A stretch of DNA of 64,000 nucleotides, taken from positions 1 through 64,000 of the forward strand of contig NMRA01000991.1 of NCBI GenBank assembly GCA_002633005.1, in the 5' to 3' direction. The position numbers were made by a program, and so were the translations under genes. The stretch comes from Phoronis australis. Taxonomy: Eukaryota > Animalia > Phoronida. The notes beneath the pieces are model-generated. The model was given only the letters and a program-made list of their open reading frames with translations. It was not told where the DNA came from and made no database searches. Shown here in pieces: positions 40,337 through 53,072 of this stretch (position 1 is its first letter; each line of letters opens with the position of its first letter).

Positions 40337-42925
40337 CGATCCAAGAAAACGTGTCGGGGAGTTAATATAAAGGGGGTTGCGGAAATCGAATTCTATTACC
40401 ATAAGGCCTATTATAAGGTCAATTTTATGAGAATTAATAATTGCATCATAGGTTCTTGAACTAAGATGCAACCATCTGAGCGCTGATCGAAACAACATGT
40501 GTGTATCAACATGCATTTTATTGATTTTGTTTCCTAGGGTTGATAAGAAAAGTCCGTTTCATTCCATTGATTGTTTTCTTTTCGAGAACCCAAGTCGGCT
40601 TTTCACCTGAAACAAATTACAGATAGAAACACAATATTGCTTTGCTATTTAACTTCACTTTAATATTGGAACCGATGCAGTCGTAAACTCTTCTCGAAGA
40701 CTATTTTGGCTTTTGCGTAACTGTCGGCTAAAATAAATTTTACGAATGACTAGGCCTGTTTCGACAAGACAGACTAAGGCTGAGAGTCATTAAATCTCTA
40801 AACATCTCCAAGTTAAAAGATATATACCCGTTGTCCACATAACAAGACAGAATAAAAAAACTGTTCGAGAAGGTCAGACAACAATCGATTTCCATCTGTT
40901 CTCAGAGTTTTGAATAACAATTGAAGGCAACAATCAGAAAGTTTTTCCAGGAACTCGTCCCTTAAGTGTGAGGGGACTGGAGCGCGGGTGATGTAGGCCA
41001 TTTTCCATTCTTATGTGTGCACAAAGTGTGTTTTAAATAGGTATGGAACACAGAAGCTCATTAAATTACCTTTTAAAAATTCCTGACTAACGCACCAATT
41101 TACATTACCTAATACATAGTAATTCACACACTCGTGTGATGAAATTTTCAGAAAAAATATCACAAGTTCATTAGATCTGAACTACGCGCGAATGAAAAAC
41201 TCTGAGTTTACGACAGAGTTTCTAATCTCTATATAACATTTACGGTAACTTAATGTATGCGCATGCGTTCATAGTCAAATGCTTGAAGTCGCTTGAGGTT
41301 AAATCTCACACTTTCTACACACGTTTAAGGAAAGTGGCTTACGTCAATGTCTTGTCATATCAAATAAGGATATGTGCTTGGCCTTGTGAGAAAAAGAATC
41401 AACAACTGAAGTACGGTGGCGAACAGATGACCAATCGAAAGTTGAAAACTAAACAAGAGTGCGTTGATATCAGCAGAAGATCGAAATCATTACGAACAAA
41501 CCCAAAATATCCGGTTAGCAGGCTGAATTGCGTTTCAGTGTCAGCGAGAGTCTTTCTTTCAATGTCCAACCTTAGTCAGTTTTTTGAGTTCCCGGTTTCT
41601 TTAATCACCATCAACCTAAATAAATGGTCCCAGATGTCCGCAATGCGTCAGGAGAACCCGTGAATTCCACAATGTGTATATTTAAAATACAGATTTAAAA
41701 GTGACTGAGCACTTACAAAGAAGGAGCTTCCATCTCCATGGCATCGTGGACATGATTGCTCAAAAGGAGGTGTCGTCAAGCATGCCACAGTGCCGGGTGT
41801 CAAAGAGTCATTGCCTAACTTCTCTATTGGTGAGGGACAATTATATTTCCCAAAGAAGTGTCAACAACATGCACAATTGCAGCGTCAGCTACTTGAAAGA
41901 AGAGTGTGTATTCCCACTTTAATAAATACACCAAATAGATGCTGGGATACCATGCACTTACCGAAGGATCAGAACATAAACTATTGAAAATGGCAAAGGC
42001 TAATATACATGTATATTAAAATATTCCCAACTGCCTGTTATAATGACCGATGTTATTCATGTTGCCTTCTGTATACCATCATGTGGTCAACCTTGTAAAT
42101 TTAATCCATAAATTCGGCACTCTGTATTTTATACCCTTGAGAAAGTGCGCATCGTTCGAAACGTGGGGAATATATTTTAGTACCGGCGTGTTACCACTAA
42201 ACAGATTTGAGCGCGACAATCAGTAACTCTCACCGAATTATTAGTAAAATTTAGCTGTAGACCAGGGATAAAAGATGTTTTCGCCAAACACTGCTGTTTT
42301 AGAATGATACACCGTATTCAGTTAACACAAATACGCACTTGCCAAGACGGATATTAACTTACACGTAACGAAGTTTCCAATACACGACAGTGCCAACAAG
42401 GATGTGGAGAGACATCTGCGTGTTGGGCTTAACATTATCTGCGTGAGCAACCGCTCCAACGGCCAGAGTGTGGTCGGTATCTGTTAAATGAAGAAGACTA
42501 TACTAACATGGTTGAGAATATGACTCAGCGGTTGTGGCTTGCATGTCAGGTGACACTAATTATTTTGGATAACATTGCATATACACCCCGCGAACTCGCA
42601 AACCCTAAAATAATGTTTCAAGACTAATAATCTATCAACGGATTTAGGTGTGCTTGCACCACGTACAAACTTCACCATGCAGATATATAACTACTATGTA
42701 TTGGTTAAATCTGCTGCGACCTCTACCGGCTGGTCATATCTTCTGGGTAGATTAAACTGCATAGGATCTGACAAGTTTTCCAGTTTAAAGACAGAAGAAC
42801 AACCTTTATTCTAAAAGGCTCGTCTTGTTCTATTCGACTGTGTTGGTATCTGGATCGAATGGGCGTTCTTTAGACTTTTCCAGTGGCAACATTTCAGTAC
42901 TCGTTTTAGCTATTCCGTTGGCCTC

Positions 42926-43150
42926 TACAGCACACATCACGAATTTTTGTCCGCCCGGTCGGAAATTGGTCGACGGCTAGTCGTCGACCGGTCGGCAAAT
43001 TAGCCGACCGGTCGGCTAAAAATTAGCCGACCGGCAGCCGCCCGCAGTGCTGACTCATAAGGCAACTCCCCAGCCGACCATTCAGCCGACCCTTCAGCCG
43101 ACCGGCCATCAGCCGAACAGCTGGTCGGCTGCAATTTTTAGGCTAGAGTA
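42926..43150 (+). mobile_element. EnSpm/CACTA-like terminal arm with subterminal AGCCGACC repeats; inverted partner at ~52895-53072
   Basis: ACAGCACACATCACGAATTTTTGTCCGCCCGGTCGGAAATTGGTCGACG is the exact reverse complement of ~53023-53071. Confidence 0.7.
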
Positions 43151-46100
43151 CCAGTTGCGTAAAAGGTTGTCAGGCTGACACCACTTTGCGTGTCGATGCA
43201 TATTCGTCTAAGCACGGGGTCAAATCAATTAACCTAGTTTTACTGTCTCGGTTACATGAGTTCACGTCGGTTGTGTAACACCACTAATTCGAAGGTTGAA
43301 GGCAAGAGGCAATAGTAAACATTGGAATATGGACAATGCAACAAGTTTTTTATGAAAAACGTGAAAGTTTTCTTTACATTTGATCTTTAATTTGACTCGT
43401 GACGTTAACAAGATGTATTAGATTGGTTGTTTCCCGGTCAATACAACGCTGTAGTCATTTTGTAAACGCAGCTATTTTTAGCAGTCTTCGCCCGCATTTG
43501 ATTTTGTTTGTGTAACGCCAAACTGCATCTTTTTGCGTTTTTTAAGTTAATCACCGATCTCCTATCACGCGCTCATGATGATCGATTAGTGAGTGAGTTG
43601 TTACACCGCGAAGAGCTCTCACTCCGGGGATTTCATTTTCATAGTATTGACCCTCACTTGCAGTACAGACTCGCGAAATTCACGGTCCAGTATGCCCTAA
43701 ACCCACGGACTTCGATGGCTCTAACTTCGAAATCATATTATGGTTACGATTTCCACGAACTAAGACGTTGACATCACCACTGTTGAGGCTGCAGGCAATT
43801 GAAGCTTTGCGCATTCCGTTTTCATGTTTCGGTGACGTTAAAATCCGGGCTAGCAGTTACATGTATACACGTAGTCCCCTATCAGTTGGTCGTTCACGTT
43901 GTTCCAAAAATAAATATTTTCTGTCAACAACATATTGACAAAATATGCAAAATAAAACAATTGTGAACGGGAAGATGTGAATACGTGGTGAAGAAGTATT
44001 CACTACGCGGCATATGTGCGCGAACCTTTGGTAAAGCGATTGCGATGGCAAAAAAATGATAGAAAATACACAAAGGTGCACTTTTGAGAAGCAAAGCGTC
44101 TGGTGATATTGATAGCGTATGATCTGGCCACCTTAGGTAGTAAGTGACGCTGAATGAGAAGTGGCAACTACAAAATAAAAATAAAAAATAAATAAATCAT
44201 GCTTGAATATATATCGCCACCCACCCCCCTCCTTTGCACATTCTAATGAGTCACCACTCGAGATTTGGTTCCATTTCAGTCCCAAAATCGCAGAATAATT
44301 CTTCTGTTCTCAGCTGTAAGAAAAAATACTAATTTTTAAAATGGTGCTAAGTCTTAAAAAATATTCCAGCATGAAATGAAATGCCAAGCACACGCAGCGT
44401 TGTAAGACAGAGACGTTGGCGTTTCCGTATGTCCACAAAAGTGCTTTGAGCACTGTGTACAAATTTGTTCATTTCGCTTTTCTACATTGACGACTATGGT
44501 CAACACGGTGTTTTAAAAAAATACACTTTTGAGGGCAATTTCAAAAATAAATGTTTGGTTGATGAATTCAGCGAGTCGGTGTCCACGGGCAGAAAACGGT
44601 ATCTGCGTAAAGAAAGAGTTGCGTTTTCAAAACATTCAGAGCATGAGCTCAAGGACTACCTGAGACTGGTATTCTTGTCCAATGAATATATACATGTAGC
44701 TCTTGGAAAACTGTTACCCCGAAGAAATGTGCAAAATACGAACGTCATTTACGGAAGGTTGTACTAGAAGTGATTCGTTGCAGTGGAGCAGCCACGGGAT
44801 AGTAAAAACACTGTGCTGTACACTTGTTAGCTGAATGGAAAGCTGAAGCGAAAACATCCAGAACACACATTTTCTATTCAGGAATTGAAATCTCTGTAGA
44901 ATCAAAAACAATTGACAACCAGGATTCACTGTGCCAGAAAACTTATCACGCCAGGAGAGAGAGTTGTTTTCTTGCCCGGAGGCTACGTGATCACCCATTT
45001 TGCAATGGTGACAATCCAGTGTGTACCTATACATTGGCATCTATTGTAAAACGTGGATTAGACGAAAGAAATTCAACCGCATTTCCAAGATAATAGGTCT
45101 GTTGTCGGCGAGAGGTTGAACATATAGCCCTTGTTTATATGTATACATGTAGTACGGACAATATCACTTTGAAAGATCCATGCTTGGGGATGGTGACGTG
45201 GTGTTCTGGCGTGAAAGTTACTGACTTCGTAAGTTTTTGAAACTGACTTATTAAATTTTCAGTTCGGTCGTATTTTATTTTGATCCTGAAGTTAAGAATT
45301 TTTGGTCCTCACTTGATAAATTATAGGTGCTGATGTGATAAATTTTCAGCCTTGACGTGGTGAATTTTGGTCTTTATTTGCTCTGTGGTCTTCTGTGTGA
45401 AAACAATCTCAATGTATTGGATTGTTTTAATTCCCGCTTAAGTAAAATTTCTGGTTTTGAGATATTTATTTTTAGTCCTGGAGAGTTTACATGTTTTGCT
45501 TGGTTTTAATCTTCCATAGAAAATATATGCCGTTAAATGTTGTAAATAGGCCTCCCATAAATGTGGGAGAGCAGGTTGTGTAGCATCGTATTATGTATCT
45601 AGGTGTTCGTGATTTAGTAATACTATGAAAAATGAGTAGTTATGACTATGAAAAATGAGTAGCTGAGGCTTCCTTTGAAATACTGTATCCTTTGTATATG
45701 CCTGGTGTAGATGGCTCAGTGTGATATTATGTAAGCTTTATTATCCTCTATGGCTTAACAACTATATATCTTCATCCATGCCAGTAATAGAGGTACTCCC
45801 AGGATCATCAAGCATGTGTATGTTTTTATTCTAATGAGTCGTGCTTCGAATGTACAATAAGTAATCATACTTTTGCAGTGGTTCATAACAAACGGATTTA
45901 TTAAGTATCAGTCCACGGATCCACCGACCACTGTACAGCCAACAAGCGGCAAGGTGGGGGGTCAGCCATTCAGATCCATGTTTAGCCTGATAAATCACAT
46001 TAGGGATGAGAGAGATTGGGTGAAGTATGACACCACAAAGTTTGGTGGTTTAGGAGATACAAGGGAAGTGTTCTTGTGGGCAAAATGAGGCAATTTCTTG

Positions 46101-49100
46101 GTGTGGAACGAGTCATTTTTGACCAAATTTTCTACTCCAGTTTCTGCTTCAAACAGAATCGTTTCTGAACAATTTTGTTATCACATGCTAGGTTCATGAC
46201 CAATGTCAGCAAAAATGGCACCGACACTGCAATATCGGTTACCATGGTAACACTGGAACTGTTTCCGTGGAGGTACATTTCCTTCTTGTGAAAAACCAGC
46301 AGTAAGTTGTACCCTTATAGCGAAGCTGCCCCCGCGAGAAAACTAAAAATAATAACATGGACATGTAGAAGACTCCATGCCCTTGAAATTAATACAATAA
46401 AAACTTTGTCAGCCCTTCAGGCAGGCTTGGTAATAGGTGTCTGAATTTCACTATTTTCAGACCGCGTATGTGTATTTGTCATGTTAAACCAGTCACTAGT
46501 TGTGCGCCGTGTCTACGCATTAATATGCCGTGGTATAATACAACAATTAAAAGAATTGGTTTGCTTAAATGTTTTTAATTAATTGTTAAGACACTAGCAT
46601 TTCCCACTAAAATATGAAATTATACTAAATTTGTTCATCCAACTCGTCTGAATACCAAACTAAAGCTTACAATGCGTTAGTTGAATGATGGCTGACCTAA
46701 AGTGCGGGTTTGCGAATTTATCTATTTATCTGGCACTGCCAGTCGCATCGAATGTGGTATTTCTACAAATTGCGGAGAGAAACAACTTTGGAAACTCTTG
46801 GGAAATGCACAAGGTATAGAGCGAGACATTTGAGCACCTTATAAGAGTACGTGGAGCTGATGTGGAGGTGGAACGTGTCCTCCTGAGTAGTAGTCTGTCT
46901 CAGTGTCTGCCTCGGAGGCAGGTGTGGAGCAGGAGCTACATAATCTACCTTATTAGATTCACTTGCCCGAATCATCGTTACAACACTCGAGATATATTGC
47001 TGTCGCCAAAGACACTGAGAACATCCACTGCACACTAGAGGAGAAATCTGATAGAGCCTGATAGAGGTCTGAAAAATGACCAAAGACGTTAAGTCAAGGT
47101 TCAACGTCCTGCTTCGTGTGAGCTCAGGTAGGAATCACTAAACTCCAGGGTCTGACCCTGAGGAATATTTTTAGAAGCACGTCATTCATGCAAAAATACT
47201 TTTATTGTCACACCGTGATTGCTTATAACTTGGGCCTTATTGCTTAATCATATCTTATTCAAATGTGTTGATGTTTATGCAACTACACGTATACATTGGC
47301 ATAGAAAATAGGTAGTCATCATAACTTTTCATAACAACCACCAAATGTGTAACATGACTTCTGCCCATGAACTACTTTTAGAGACTAGGGAGTATGTTAT
47401 GTCTGCCAATGAATTTCTGCGATTATGAAGTTAATTAAACATGCTAAAGCCGTCAAAAATATTGGTGCCTTCACTTTAGCTTGGTATTCATATTTTCTGA
47501 GCCGAAATGGCCACATTAAATTTAATATGTTTAATTTTTTCATTAATACAATTTTAGGAATCAGGAAAGGCTTATGCTGAAGAAGTGGCTTCTGCTGAAG
47601 TTGGAGACTTGCCGATTATTAGTAAAGTTTGGGTATGGAAAAGTTCACAACCAGCAAGAAGGTACCCTTCTGGACAACTAAGTGAGGGGGCTAGAGAGAG
47701 GCCGTAAAGTCTACTCCCAGAAGATATGTCAAAGAGAATTTGTAGCTTGAGGAACGAGTCGGGGGAAAAAGTATTTGCCAAAGATTACTGGCTTATACCA
47801 CAACAGGTCCAAAGTAATTTGTTGAGATAGGCCACTCTCAGCAAATGTGGGGAAACTGGGACAGAGGAAGTGGAGTATGCATTGAAAGAGGCAATCTGCG
47901 ATTGTCAAGGATGTAGCATTGTAAAAATTCAAAGGGAGGAAACAGTACAGTGGCTGGACCTGTAAATACTCTGGCTGATCTGCTAAATCCAGTGGGGGCA
48001 TTATTGTATCAGCACAGCTGTGTAGGGAAGTAGGCTTGTGTGTTGTCGCAAGCTTTGTTTGCACCAGAACTGCTTGTGTGAACAGCACAAATCTAAAATT
48101 TACCTAGTCTAAGACTGAATTTTTCTCCGGGCACGGATCATGATCCTGGGCCACATGGTAATGGTACATTGTTCATTTTGTTTAGCCACTGGATTTTTTG
48201 GTCTGACAGGATTTCTCAGTGTGGCCATCACATTTAGATGATTTCTGACCACTGTACTGTTCCTTTTCCTTGAAGATGCATAATTGATCTGAATTTATGT
48301 TTCCGCATTTTATTTACCATTATAGATTTTTGTTTGTAAATGGGTATATATTACTGAAATTTGAGACCCTGTTGCAGTTAGGCTGGTTTTGTTAACTTAT
48401 CTTTCTACCTGGGTTGTAAACCCATATTCTGTCCAGGAGGTAATAAGTTTTGATTTAGACCATTTACCTCTATAAACTTTGCTCAGTTTGTTCCTTATCC
48501 AGATGGGAAGTGATTTCTGGAATTGTAGCGAATTGACAGTTTGCTATTCCTTGAGACCATGCTGTGTGTATAAAATCGCACACTATTAGTCTGGTCTTTA
48601 GCAATTGCATATTGCCAGATCTTTCAAAGTTCTGAAATTGCTCAAAAGTGACCTGGAAGTAATACCTATTTCGTGATGGTAAAATATCTAAATCAAAAGT
48701 TGTTTTATGTGATTTTAGGCGAGTTTATGTCCACTTCAAATGATTTTTTGTTGCAGTACTGAAAAGTATTGGCACATTAGCTCTGGTGGCTCCTTGTTTT
48801 TTTGGCAAATTGACCATTTTATGGTTCCCATGGGTAATTTTGTTACTGGTATAGTATGTATGTACAACTGTAATCGTAGGGCAATTGTAATGCAAACCAT
48901 GTTGCAAAAGTATTTTTTCATGACCATTTCTTTGTAAAATGCTGCCTAATTGGAACCGACAAGCCAGTTTTTCATTTTGTGGTGGTTAGTTTTGATAAGA
49001 ACATTGATGTGGTAATTACAACTACCTCAGGTTTGTGAAAAAGAGATTTCCAGTGTTGTCAGCGATATTGCGAAATCACTTTTTCGCAGTGACACTGCAT

Positions 49101-49826
49101 CACCTTAAATGTAATTCCCTGACTTCATGGGCTTTGTGTGGTTGACTCTGTCCTGTAGCAATCAGAGTGTTGAAAATATCTATAAGGCAATTTTTTATTA
49201 GAGTCAGAACATTTGCACTTTTGACTGTACAGTTATCTTTGCATTGTATTACGAAAACAAGTACACAAGTCTCTGGTTGGTATTTTATATTTTTTCACAA
49301 GGAATATTTTCAACTTAGATGAGTTGTCTGTGAGGTAGGCAATTTACAAATAAGATAATGAATAAAATTGTCAAACATTGTTTTATTTTTTAGATGTGTG
49401 ATCTTCCAATAAGTGATTACTTTTAAAAAACCTGTGTAGAATTTGATTTTTACTCTTCATTTAAAGGAGAATAAATCCATAAACCTGCATTGTCTAGAAA
49501 GTTTACTCAAACTACATATTACAGGGTTGGGGATTGGAAACTTAATACAACAGAGTCTGAACCCGTACCATGAGCAATATAATTAACACAATACACGGAT
49601 ATAAAAATTTGGTGTTTAGGTTCCACGGAAAGGATTCGTATGCGCGGTAATAGTTACTAAGGTGCGTGGTCATTGTTTGTGGATACTTTGGGATTCCTCT
49701 TCTGTGGTCATCCACGGGAAACCTGGTCGAATAGAGAACGATTTTTAGCATCTTCATTGTTCCCGTTGTTATAATAAAGATATAATGACGAGCACTTATC
49801 GGCAACGGTCTGATGTACGCAAGGTT

Positions 49827-49973
49827 CTACATCCATGCGACCTGTGTTGTTATATCCAACAATGACACAACAAAGGAAAACAATGATAGGACCGATGGGC
49901 GAAAAACATGCGACGAGTTGCCATGGACAGTGGTCGAGTTTGTCTTGTCATTCGAATCATGGTTTTTAGAGAA
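49827..49973 (-). CDS. Terminal exon of gene A with GPI-signal-like tail (FSKNHDSNDKTNSTTVHGNSSHVFRPSVLSLFSFVVSLLDITTQVAWM*)
   Basis: Strong acceptor aattttcctgcag, phase 0; Ser/Thr/Asn linker, small-residue GNSS, hydrophobic stretch, TAG. Confidence 0.6.
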   Translation of the reverse strand, partial: FSKNHDSNDKTNSTTVHGNSSHVFRPSVLSLFSFVVSLLDITTQVAWM

Positions 49974-52894
49974 CTGCAGGAAAATTTCTGTGGTCTTTTG
50001 TATTAAGTTGTGGGAAAAATTGCGGTCATGCCACCAAACTTATCATTCATTTGATATTACAATGCAGTGCATGAACATTTGATCAACAGAAAATCTGACT
50101 TGAATATGTGTGAAGAAATACCCATGAGGAAATTGCAAAGTAAAACAACTGTAAATCAAAATAACCTACATTTGTCGAGTTCATGTCTAACCCTGTTCAC
50201 TGTGGAGGACATAATCGGCTTTTTACAAAATGGAGCCATGTATGGTATTTAGGGGTACTATAGCCTTAAGTGATAAGTAGTAAAACGTTCAAAACATTCA
50301 GGAGGAACTAACTGGTTGCAAAATATCGAAAAACATGAAGGACAATCGGATTTTACGGTGCTCACGCATCGATCTCAGATATATGAAAATTTCTCATTTT
50401 AGTACATTTGAGGTGCCAAAATGTATAACTAATAAACTGGCTGACAAAGTTTTTATTTTATGCAATGAAAGTAACATGTTTTGTCAACATTTTGGCTAAG
50501 TTTCATTCTCATAACAGTGGGGGCAGATTTGGTACAGCAGTGTACTGAACACAACCTCAAAATGGCATAACGGGGGGCAGTGTAGTAAAACTACTAAATG
50601 AGGGTGGTAAATCGGAATCGTGTTTCAAGACATCTGTGTAACAATCTATAGGCACCACTAAACAATGCCAAGTGAATAATAAATCAATAGCTTTCATTCA
50701 AGGAAAAATATGAACAGTTAAAACTGGACAGTTTTTATACCGTGAAAACATGGCTGCGAAGCCGTAAAATGTGTTTGAACCTATAACTTTAGAAAAACGC
50801 AATATTTTGAGGAAATATTTTACCGCTGTTTATAGATCCCATAGGACTACATATGTGCCAAATTTGGTGAAAATCGGCTGACCCCCACCTTGCCGCTCAT
50901 GGTTGGTGTTCTCGTGGACTAGTACTTAATCCCAGTAAATAGTTTTGTAACTGCCGATCTGCATATTAGACATTCATATTGCATCATACCTCATCAGAGT
51001 AAAACCTGTTATCAATCATAGTAGAAAAAATTATTTTTATCATTGCAACAAGACGTTAACAAATGCAGTCAGTGTCTGTAACTGTTGTGTCTACATTGCT
51101 GATGAACTTAAGTCGGTCTATTTCCATTTTATATCACTGATTCATGCCAAAGGCTTGAAATTGCGCCCCCTTAAGAGTTTTGACTTGCCCTTGTGATCAC
51201 TAGAATCCGATGGAATAAACTTATAGAAGTTGTTTTTTAACCAGTGTAATATAGCTGAAAATTGTGTGCGTTTTCGTTTGCGAGAGTGTTCTTTTTGAAT
51301 CAATGGGTTAATCATTTTTACGCTCTACATGAAAACACAGATTACTTTTTTAGGATTACATGTACCAGGTTAACCCAAAAATATTACTTTATATTAGTTT
51401 TACCCCTTGGAGTATACGCAAAACACCAAGTATTGTGTTCTTACGCCAAAGGGCTCGGAAGGCTCTAGCCTTGGGGCAAAGCTGTTTACTAAATTAAATA
51501 TACAAATTTGTGCCATTGTGGGTAAAAACTGACAGAATAAAATCTTCCTAGGGTAATCTAAATTATTTACAAGCGTTGCAAAAATGTTTTTTTTACAATT
51601 ATTCTGCTGCTAAAGTTATGGTGTGATCTTATGCGTCGACTTTCGACCCAATGAAATATTGCGTCCCCTTTTAGCCAGTTTCTTTTTCACAGATTCTTCA
51701 ATCAAACGTTCTCCAAAGAGGTTGCGTAAACGTCACAACAAATGATCAGAATTGGTTTCACTTCATTATATGTTTTTGGAATTTTGATATCAGTGAACCG
51801 AATTTTAGAACAAATTTTGCTGAGATGTTGTCATCACCTAATGGGAGATGTTGAAAACATTTCGGAATGAACTTTTTTCAAAACGACGGCATACGTTTTT
51901 CCGTTAAAAAAGGCAGAGAATTACGCAGGAAGATGACGTCGGATGTTTTTCGCTTAATCGGCCGTAACGGGCAACTTGAATGCCAATTGACTTCTAGATT
52001 TTGCATGCACACCTGCCGGTCTTGAGCTCATGTTGATACAAGCTTTTCGACGAGGTGACAAGCGTAACTATCTGGGCTGCGTGAAGTTTCGAGGTCTATT
52101 TGATCATAATAAGCAATGGCACCTTGCTGTTTTTTGAAAATAGTCTTTATACATCTAGCTGGCTAGATAGGAAGGCTCTAGTTTCGAAAAGATTTTTTAC
52201 AGCGAAAGTGACAATAATTTCTGAATAATGATGGATGACACTATAAACCGATCACAGCCTTCCGTTTTCATGCGCCCATGATTAAATATCGGCGCTATGT
52301 TCAAACCATTGTTTATGTTGTTCCTAAAATATTACTTGGGTTATACTGCTGTACCAACATATTAAGAAATTATACAGAAATAAGCAATAATTATCTGTGG
52401 TAAATCGCAATATACAGCGTGATGAAGTGATGATCAAGAGCTATAACGGATGAACGCAAATGCGTGATGCTTGTTGAGCATTCCGCTGCATGAAAACACT
52501 TGAGGTAGTAAAATATCCAGAGTTGTATTCTGATTTTTATGCAGTTTTACTGTAAATTTCAAATTTCGTGCTTGCTTTTGTGCATAATGTACTGTATAAA
52601 AAGTCTCATATCTAAATTTAGAAATTATGCTTCCGCGATATCACTTAACGTTTGATTTTATCACGCCGTCATTAATTCAACATAAAGTTTTAGGCTGGTG
52701 TAATGTCACGCACTTCGTACATGTATTTGTAGGTTGATTCGATTTTACCTCCATTCAATAGTTGATAAACCTATGTCAAGAAAGGAGTTGCCACTGGTAA
52801 ACGAACAGCGAACAGTGAAATCTTTGTTTGACCAAAGTTCGCCTGCTAAGTCATAAAATGGTAATTGCCTACCAAGGACACGCTTAATCCGAAT

Positions 52895-53072
52895 TGGTAG
52901 TCTACGCTAGGCGACCACTTAGCCGACCCAAGTGCCGACCACAGAGGCGACTCAGCAGACGGCTCCTAGCCGACCGCTGTTGGTGGGCTGCTGGTCGGCT
53001 AGACGACCGGTCGACGGCCGGTCGTCGACCAATTTCCGACCGGGCGGACAAAAATTCGTGATGTGTGCTGTG
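52895..53072 (-). mobile_element. EnSpm/CACTA-like terminal arm (CACAG terminus)
   Basis: Reverse complement of 42926-43150, with AGCCGACC subterminal repeats. Confidence 0.7.

Noticed and set aside
42135-42165. CTTGAGAAAG...CGAAACGT hammerhead-variant-like motif
   Set aside because: Stem II does not pair and no convincing Penelope coding relic is adjacent.
42940-43130. Short repeated AGCCGACC units, superficially CRISPR-like
   Set aside because: Irregular spacing, no unique spacers, no cas genes, eukaryotic context; explained as transposon subterminal repeats.
44465-44767. KKYTFEGNFKNKCLVD resembling a nuclear-receptor second zinc finger
   Set aside because: Most required cysteines are absent and there is no first finger.
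47560-48700. Possible transposase relic
   Set aside because: Coding-like composition, but I could not identify a diagnostic motif.
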